NCBI GenBank assembly: GCA_963733055.1
Contig: CAVTBR010000001.1
Coordinates: 448,001 to 512,000 of the forward strand
Length of the DNA stretch: 64,000 bases
Origin: Candidatus Bathyarchaeota archaeon
GTDB taxonomy: Archaea > Thermoproteota > Bathyarchaeia > 40CM-2-53-6
Direction: 5' to 3'
Part shown: positions 57,781 to 64,000 of the stretch, one piece after another
How the letters are laid out: every line of letters begins with the position of its first letter
Numbering within the stretch: position 1 is the stretch's first letter
Translations under genes and position numbers: made by a program
Notes under the pieces: generated by a model
What the model was told of the DNA's origin: nothing
Seen by the model: the letters and a program-made list of their open reading frames with translations, nothing else
Database searches by the model: none

Positions 57781-58116
57781 TTGCCACTGAGACCTCTAAT
57801 CTTGAAGACCTTGGGGAGCGAGGCCCGGTTAAGAATCCTACTAGTTCTAGCCCGAAGCCGCGGAGAAGATTTGACGATTTACAAGATTGCGAAGTTCAGT
57901 GGGTTGGATAGGAAGGTAATTCGGAAGCATTTGGGGAAGTTAGTTGAAACAAACCTCGTGCACATGAAAAGTTACGGCCCAATATCGGTTTACAGTATAA
58001 ACAGCGACAACGGCCCCGTCCAGCGGGTGATAGACCTATTCAACGAAGCACGCTTACTCGCACAAGCACCCCTAGCAACAATAGAAACAATGCACTGGTA
58101 CGACATCCGCGCCTGA
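57781..58116 (+). CDS. ArsR-like winged-HTH protein
   Basis: LGSEARLRILLVL, LTIYKIAKFSGL..IRKHLGKLVETNLV. Confidence 0.75.
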   Translation: MPLRPLILKTLGSEARLRILLVLARSRGEDLTIYKIAKFSGLDRKVIRKHLGKLVETNLVHMKSYGPISVYSINSDNGPVQRVIDLFNEARLLAQAPLATIETMHWYDIRA

Positions 58117-58199
58117 ACCCAAAGACCACTATTTGTCACGCCGGGAAACTTACCGGAATCTTTAGAGTGTCCTCCGGTTTCCAACAATAGGGACTGCCA

Positions 58200-58601
58200 A
58201 TGGCCCTCTGGAAAACGCTCTACGCGATGATCTGGCTTGCTTCCTTACAGATACTTATCATCATACTGCCGCGCTTCAGCCTCTATCTTGTTGATCTGCA
58301 TGCACTCCTGGGCTTGATAATCCTAGGATTGGCGCACTACAACAACACGAAGATGAAACACACCGAAGCACCGAACCGGCTTAAACGGATCACAAAATCA
58401 ACCGCCATTTTGGCAACAGTCCAGATAGTCCTGGGGGTAATACTGTACGCTAACCTCAGAATGAACATGAACATACCCCTAGCAGACGTCATAGTCTTCA
58501 TTCACATCATAATCGCATTGGCCATCATAACACAGGCCGCGTCGGTTGCGACCGCTTACGACATGTGGGAAGACCACGAATATGACTCTCCTAAGAAATG
58601 A
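58200..58601 (+). CDS. Small four-helix membrane protein with intramembrane histidines
   Basis: Hydrophobic segments with DLHALLG, LAHYN, FIHIIIA. Confidence 0.65.
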   Translation: MALWKTLYAMIWLASLQILIIILPRFSLYLVDLHALLGLIILGLAHYNNTKMKHTEAPNRLKRITKSTAILATVQIVLGVILYANLRMNMNIPLADVIVFIHIIIALAIITQAASVATAYDMWEDHEYDSPKK

Positions 58602-58646
58602 AACTGAGCAGATTCATGCCCGAAGAGTCACCGCTGCGTTAGCACC

Positions 58647-58973
58647 ATGGGCGGACGGATTCATCAGGCGACTCTCGGGAACATGCGAGAGCTTCTCAAA
58701 AGCGAGAAACCGGTGGTTGTGGATTTTTGGGCTTCATGGTGCGGCCCCTGCCACGTAATGACACCTATCATTAGGGACATGGCCAGGAGATTCGAAGATC
58801 GGATAGTCTTCGCGAAAGTCGACACTCAGAACAGCAGGGACTTGGCCCAGCAGTTTAACGTCAGAAGCATCCCCACCCTCATCCTCTTCAAGAACGGAAA
58901 AGAATGGGATCGATTGACTGGGGTTAGGAGTCGATCGGAGCTGAATAAGCTCTTAGAGAAACTATCTTCCTGA
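58647..58973 (+). CDS. trxA: Thioredoxin
   Basis: VVVDFWASWCGPC, VRSIPTL. Confidence 0.93.
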   Translation: MGGRIHQATLGNMRELLKSEKPVVVDFWASWCGPCHVMTPIIRDMARRFEDRIVFAKVDTQNSRDLAQQFNVRSIPTLILFKNGKEWDRLTGVRSRSELNKLLEKLSS

Positions 58974-59062
58974 GCCTCTTACGCCGCTACCTCGTCACCA
59001 AAACGCAATCGTTCCCTTACGATTAAAAGATCAGTGTGAATTACTCAATAGTGTGAAGGACT

Positions 59063-59449
59063 TTGGTGCAAGGAGCCATCGATGTTAGAGAGGCCATTAC
59101 GGTAATCACGGTAAGCGACCTCCGGAAGTCTCGGGAGTGGTACTCGCGGCTCTTTGGCAAGGAGCCCGATCTGGAACCTTTTCCGGGAAATGTAGAGTTC
59201 AAGGTCGGCGGTGCATGGGTGCAAGTCGTAAGCGGGAAGGTGCAGCCCTCGAGTTGGAGCCTCCAGTTGGAAGTCACTGATTTGTCCCGAGAACGGGAGC
59301 GGTTGCGAAAGAGTGGGATTGCAGCGACCGAGATCAAGACGGTTCCGGATGTAATCAGTTACTTTGACCTCAGTGACCCAGATGGCAATTCGATGAGGTG
59401 GTTCCAGGTGCTCACCTCCGACCCTAAGGTTACTGGCGACCGCGATTAA
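59063..59449 (+). CDS. VOC/glyoxalase family protein
   Basis: VSDLRKSREWYSRLFG, LEVTDL, DPDGN. Confidence 0.8.
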   Translation: MVQGAIDVREAITVITVSDLRKSREWYSRLFGKEPDLEPFPGNVEFKVGGAWVQVVSGKVQPSSWSLQLEVTDLSRERERLRKSGIAATEIKTVPDVISYFDLSDPDGNSMRWFQVLTSDPKVTGDRD

Positions 59450-59475
59450 GACGCAAACAAGGTTCAAGAGCAGAC

Positions 59476-59823
59476 TTGACGGATGAGCTTCATCTCGGAA
59501 TAACGATCCTCAGTAGAGGAGGAACAACGATCGTTCCGAAACAGGTAATGAAGATATTGAAACTGGGACACTCACCCCAACAGAGGGAAAAGCTCCTGTG
59601 GACACAAAATGAGGATGAGATTATGGTCAGCAAAGGAACGCCCCAGTCGAGTTTCACAAAAACAATGCTCAGAAGAGGCGGAACGGCGGCTGTCCCTAAA
59701 CATATACAGAAAGCATTGAAACTGAGACCAACATTCCACAACGAGGAAAGACTGCGCTGGATACAAAAGGGGGACGAGATCATCGTCAGGAAAGGAAGCC
59801 CCCAATCGAATCCCACCGAATAG
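59476..59823 (+). CDS. Tandem duplicated AbrB-like (swapped-hairpin) protein
   Basis: Two roughly 52-aa repeats: TILSRGGTTIVPKQVMKILKL..LLWTQNEDEIMVSKGTPQS / TMLRRGGTAAVPKHIQKALKL..LRWIQKGDEIIVRKGSPQS. Confidence 0.7.
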   Translation: MTDELHLGITILSRGGTTIVPKQVMKILKLGHSPQQREKLLWTQNEDEIMVSKGTPQSSFTKTMLRRGGTAAVPKHIQKALKLRPTFHNEERLRWIQKGDEIIVRKGSPQSNPTE

Positions 59824-59861
59824 GTTAGATGCGCAGAGAATTGAATCATGACTGAAGAATC

Positions 59862-60095
59862 ATGGGTGCGGTTCGTCCCGAGCAGATCATGAAGGTTCTC
59901 GAGTTAACTGATTCACTCAATTTGCACCGTGAATCAGTCTTGATTCCACTGTCGACCGAGCCTGAAGGAAGCGTTACCATCCTTCCCGACCGGCGCGTAC
60001 GTATTGTAGTTCCGAGCAACAGACCATTCGAAGTCTGGCTCATCGAGTTACGAGCTCAGTTGGCGAAGATGAATTTAGCTACCAAGCCTGAGTAA
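59862..60095 (+). CDS. Hypothetical protein
   Basis: 77-aa ATG-started ORF filling the gap before dinB; no recognised motif. Confidence 0.55.
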   Translation: MGAVRPEQIMKVLELTDSLNLHRESVLIPLSTEPEGSVTILPDRRVRIVVPSNRPFEVWLIELRAQLAKMNLATKPE

Positions 60096-60101
60096 GCTAA
60101 C

Positions 60102-61190
60102 TCACTCGTTCGGATTGGCCCAGCGTAGGATGCTTTCCTGCTCTGACCCCAACTCCTTGAGATTGGATACTCTGACGCCAACGAGGCGAATTTTACGCTG
60201 AGAGCTCTCAAATTCCCTGAAGAGTTGCTTCACGTATTCTTCAATGATGGATTTTTCGTTTGTGTACCTCGTATGGGTTCGGGCTCGAGTGAAGGTTTCG
60301 AAATCTTCCAGCCTAACTTTGATGCCGATGGTTCGGAACAGTACGTTTTGAGATTGGACTCGAGCATGGACGTCTTGGATGATTGAGTCAAAAACCTCCA
60401 TGACCTTGTTCCTGTCCAGCTCGTCTTCTTGGAAGGTGCTTTCTGAGCTGATGGATTTGACTGCGTAGCTGGTAACTACCTCTTCTTCGTCTATCCCATT
60501 GGCTATTTGCCAGATTCTTGTTCCGTATTTTCCGAAAATCTCGGTTAACCTGCTGGGATGGGTAGAAGCCAGTTGGCCAATTGAGACGATCCCAGCTTGA
60601 GTCAACAATTCCGAGCTCTTCTTTCCGACTCCACTGATTTTTGTTACAGGGAGTGGATCTAGGAATTCTCGTAGTTTCTCGGGTGGAACGCAGGTCAGCC
60701 CGTCCGGTTTTTTGAAGTCGGAGGCAATTTTTGCGGCGGCTTTGTTCGGGGCGATGCCGATTGAACAGGTGAGCTTCGCTTTCTCACGAATCTCTCGCTT
60801 GATTGTTTCAGCCATTGCGGTGGCTTCTTCGAAACTGGAGGCTTTCTCAGTTATGTCCACGAAGGCTTCGTCTATGCTCATTTGTTCAACTTTGTCCGAG
60901 AACGTTCGAAGTAGTCCTATGATCTCTTCTGAAGCTTGTTCGTATCGGGTGAAGTTGGGTGGGACGTAGACGCCGTTTGGGCAAAGCCTGTAAGCTATGG
61001 AGATGGGCAAAGCAGAACGTACCCCGAGCTTGCGTGCCTCGTACGAGCAACTCATAACGACCCCCCGCCCCTTTCCTTCCTTCGGGTCCGCGCCGACGAT
61101 CACGGGCTTCCCAATTAGGGCCGGATTCTCGCGCTGTTCAACTGAAGGGTAGAATGCGTCCATATCGATGTGCAATATGACCCGGTTCAA
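60102..61190 (-). CDS. dinB: DNA polymerase IV (Y-family, DinB/Dpo4)
   Basis: HIDMDAFYPSVE, CSYEARKLGV, SIDEAF, SDFKKPDG, little-finger RLVGVRV. Confidence 0.95.
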   Translation of the reverse strand: MNRVILHIDMDAFYPSVEQRENPALIGKPVIVGADPKEGKGRGVVMSCSYEARKLGVRSALPISIAYRLCPNGVYVPPNFTRYEQASEEIIGLLRTFSDKVEQMSIDEAFVDITEKASSFEEATAMAETIKREIREKAKLTCSIGIAPNKAAAKIASDFKKPDGLTCVPPEKLREFLDPLPVTKISGVGKKSSELLTQAGIVSIGQLASTHPSRLTEIFGKYGTRIWQIANGIDEEEVVTSYAVKSISSESTFQEDELDRNKVMEVFDSIIQDVHARVQSQNVLFRTIGIKVRLEDFETFTRARTHTRYTNEKSIIEEYVKQLFREFESSQRKIRLVGVRVSNLKELGSEQESILRWANPNE

Positions 61191-61337
61191 GGCCTTGCAT
61201 CCCCCGCTGAAATGGCGTTATTCAAGTTTGAGGCGACGGTTATTCCGCCAGTCAGTGCCCATTTACTTTCAGCGACAGGTTAGCGGGACCCGAAATGGTT
61301 ACGATGAAAACTAATATCTTATTGGTTTGATGAGCCA

Positions 61338-62830
61338 ATGGCCTTCGGTGAGGACCCTTTCAGCCAACCGATCCAGACCGTTCGCAGACCTTTGTTCCTC
61401 CCGCATTCTCTTCACGGTCAAGGTTTGACAAACATAGAATTGCTGTGTTGCCGCTGCAAAACATTAGCCCTGACCCTAAGGACGAATATTTCGCGGACGG
61501 GCTGACCGAGGAAATGATCTCGACAATGACAAAGATCGGTGGAATGAAGGTGATCGCGAGGACGTCCATCATGGGCTATAAGGGGGTGGAGAAGAAAATT
61601 GATCAAATCGCCCGAGAGCTACAAGTTGGAACTGTAATCGAGGGAAGCGTACGAAAAGCGGGCGATAATCTACGAATTACCGTTCAACTCATAGACTCCG
61701 AGAGCGGTGACCACTTATGGTCGGAATCCTTCGATAGAGAAATGAAAGACATATTCACAGTCCAAACCGAGATCTCGAAGACCGTAGCCGAAGCACTCAA
61801 AGTAAAAATCTTACCCGTAGAAAAAGAACGACTTGACAAGAGACTGACAGGAAATCTCGACGCGTACACCCTCTACTTGAAAGGCAAATTCTTCTGGAAC
61901 GAACGATCTAGAGATTCGCTCCTGAAAGCGGTCAATTATTTCGAAGATGCGATAAAGAGGGACCCTGCCTTTGCACGTGCCTACTCTGGGTTGGCTGATT
62001 GCTACGTTGTACTTGTAAACCACAGATACCTGCCTCAGAAAGAAGGCTACAGTAAAGCAAGGAACGCTTTGACGAAAGCGCTTAGCCTCGACGGAGCCCT
62101 TGCCGAAGCCCATGTTTCCCTAGGAAACATCCTGAGCAACGAATGGAACTGGTCTGCAGCGGAACACGAATTCTCCGAAGCCATAGAGGCCAACCCTAAC
62201 TTCGCGAAGGCACACCACTGGTATTCCATCCACCTCCTAAGCCTTGGTCGAATTGAGGAAGCAATAGATCAAGCAAAAATCGCGGAAGACCTTGACCCAC
62301 TATCACCGATGATACATGCCTACGCGGGGGGCCTTCTCCTTTACGCCCGGCGGTACGATGATGCTATGAAGGAACTTGACCGATCACTGGAGATAGATCC
62401 AAATTTCGTGCCAGCACATGCAAACAGGTCAGATGCCTGCTTGGCTAAGGAGAGGTTTGAGGAAGCGCTCGCGGAATTGCAGTGGGTGATGCGTAGGGTC
62501 CCCGCGACGATACATTGGAGAGTTGAGCTAGGATTCGTTCACGCCCTCTCGGGCAGGAGGAAAGAGGCCGAGCAAATTCTCATAGAATGTGAAAAGGCCG
62601 CTAACCGTGAAGACTTCGACCCTCAGCGGGTGGCGATCATTTATTCAAAGGTGGGCAACATGGACCGCGCATTTGAATGGCTCGAGAATGCCTTCAAACT
62701 TCACTCAATAACCCCTTTCCAGGTCAAACAAGGACCGTTCTACGACAACATAACATCAGACCCGAGATTCGACGAATTGGTAAGGAAGACTGGCGCGATG
62801 AAACAAGTGCCTCATGGCGGTATCAGTTAA
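61338..62830 (+). CDS. TolB-N-like + TPR repeat protein without catalytic domain (probable 1-bp deletion near 61355-61360)
   Basis: RIAVLPLQNISPDPKDEYFADGLTEE, VIARTS, EGSVRK, followed by TPRs. The frame is open only from 61352; ATG 61338 is one frame off. Confidence 0.75.
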
Positions 62831-62875
62831 GCTAAGATTTAGGTCACGTAGATGAAACGAGGACTTGTTGGAGCA

Positions 62876-63631
62876 ATGACAACTAGGAAATTTGGATGGA
62901 TCCCAGACGATCCGGACCCACGCGATCATGCATACGAGGCGCCACCCGAAATCCTCACAACACTCCCACCGAGTGTTGACCTCAGACCGCAGTGCCCCCC
63001 AGTTTATGATCAGAGTGACCTTAACAGCTGCACTGCGAATGCGATTGCCGCGGCCGTGCAATTTGATCTAATGAAACAGAAGCAAGAGAACTTCATGCCG
63101 TCCCGCCTTTTTCTATATTACAATGAACGAGTCATGGCGGGCACTGCGAACGAAGATTCAGGCGCCCCTCTCCGTGATGGAATAAAAACCGTGGCAAGAG
63201 CAGGCGATTGTCCCGAGTCCCTGTGGCCATACGACCATACAAAATTCGCTGAGAAGCCTCACGAGGCTTGCTATACTCAGGCCAAGAAGTATAGGGCGGT
63301 ACAGTACAAGCGGTTGAACCGTAAGGCCGAGCAACTCAAGGGTTGTCTCGCTTCCGGGTACCCATTCATCTTCGGAATCCAAGCACACGCAAGCTTGCAA
63401 AGCCCAGAAGTTGCGAAGACTGGGCATGAGTCGATACCGAAGCAGGGAGATAAACCGATAGGGGGTCACGCCGTGCTCGCGGTCGGGTACGACGACTCAA
63501 ACCAGTGGTTCATCGTAAGAAACTCGTGGGGCGATTCGTGGGGAATGAACGGATACTTCACTCTCCCCTACGCTTACGTTCTCGACCAGAACTTGGCCCT
63601 TGATTTCTGGACGTTACGGGTGATCACGTAA
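62876..63631 (+). CDS. Papain-like (C1A) cysteine peptidase, no signal peptide
   Basis: VDLR, DQSDLNSCTANA (Gln/Cys), SRLFLYYNER, GGHAV (His), RNSWG (Asn). Confidence 0.9.
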   Translation: MTTRKFGWIPDDPDPRDHAYEAPPEILTTLPPSVDLRPQCPPVYDQSDLNSCTANAIAAAVQFDLMKQKQENFMPSRLFLYYNERVMAGTANEDSGAPLRDGIKTVARAGDCPESLWPYDHTKFAEKPHEACYTQAKKYRAVQYKRLNRKAEQLKGCLASGYPFIFGIQAHASLQSPEVAKTGHESIPKQGDKPIGGHAVLAVGYDDSNQWFIVRNSWGDSWGMNGYFTLPYAYVLDQNLALDFWTLRVIT

Positions 63632-64000
63632 CGTGTTGTACTTTTACACCTTTAATCAGAAGCCATGATAGAAATGTTACTTCGCCGATAAATGTGAAAA
63701 CGGCAATTGTTGGATTATAGGTCGGGAAGAGAAATTTGCCAAAACTATCTATCACATAGCCAAAACCTGCAACGATCAACAAGATTCCCAAGATTCTTGG
63801 GATATAGCGTGACTTGTAGGCTAGATATCCGAGCGGAAATAACCAAAGGCCGAAAAATATTTGGGCGATGAAGAGTCCGTATCCAAATTGAGAGATGTAG
63901 AACATTATTTGAGAATAGTTGGCTGTGCTCAAGAGGGTGAGGACGGCGAATTGGTTTAGTTGATTGAGCATTGCGATAGGAACGACCATGAGGCCTAATA
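63624..64000 (-). CDS. DUF4386-like membrane protein, 3' part (5' end outside window)
   Basis: IFFGLWLFPLGYL.YKS..IPRILG, GEVTFLSWLLIKG; the frame runs to the window edge. Confidence 0.65.
   Translation of the reverse strand, partial: LGLMVVPIAMLNQLNQFAVLTLLSTANYSQIMFYISQFGYGLFIAQIFFGLWLFPLGYLAYKSRYIPRILGILLIVAGFGYVIDSFGKFLFPTYNPTIAVFTFIGEVTFLSWLLIKGVKVQHVT

Noticed and set aside
61200-61330. Inverted repeats (CGCTGAAA/TTTCAGCG; AACTAATA/TATTGGTT) upstream of dinB as an SOS-like box or riboswitch
   Set aside because: Arms are short or imperfect, match no motif I know, and are not repeated upstream of nth.
1-64000. CRISPR array, IS element, integrase, prophage, rRNA
   Set aside because: No regularly spaced repeats, transposase, integrase or viral motifs seen, and intergenic gaps are too short for rRNA.

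Overview
Gene-dense archaeal chromosomal segment. Archaeal signs: TATA-like boxes just upstream of starts, many TTG/GTG starts, a stand-alone Lrp/AsnC domain, SAMP/MoaD-type ubiquitin-like genes and a PEF-CTERM-like sorting signal. The repertoire resembles Bathyarchaeia or non-ammonia-oxidising Thermoproteota (inference only). I found no rRNA, tRNA, CRISPR array, transposase or prophage. Four blocks: (1) about 0.1-16 kb, a catabolic island with two fold-III PLP D-threonine-aldolase/DSD1 paralogues, an N-acyl-D-amino-acid deacylase, a PhzF-like isomerase, a mutarotase-like protein, a lactonase, two sugar-type dehydrogenases, a DAO-family flavoprotein and two APC permeases; (2) about 16-36 kb, PLP enzymes, amidohydrolases including adenine deaminase, an LLM oxidoreductase, a third APC permease and hicBA; (3) 36.8-45.5 kb, one operon with two complete, divergent xanthine-dehydrogenase-family enzymes interleaved with two Gly-Gly-terminated ubiquitin-like proteins plus XdhC; (4) 45.6-64 kb, stress, regulatory and repair genes (BlaI-M56, NfeD-stomatin, nth, CARF-wHTH, cbs, trxA, dinB, TolB-N/TPR, papain-like peptidase) and an uncalled protamine-like ORF. 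Seven otherwise intact genes carry a single-base indel or an internal stop, most likely consensus errors.
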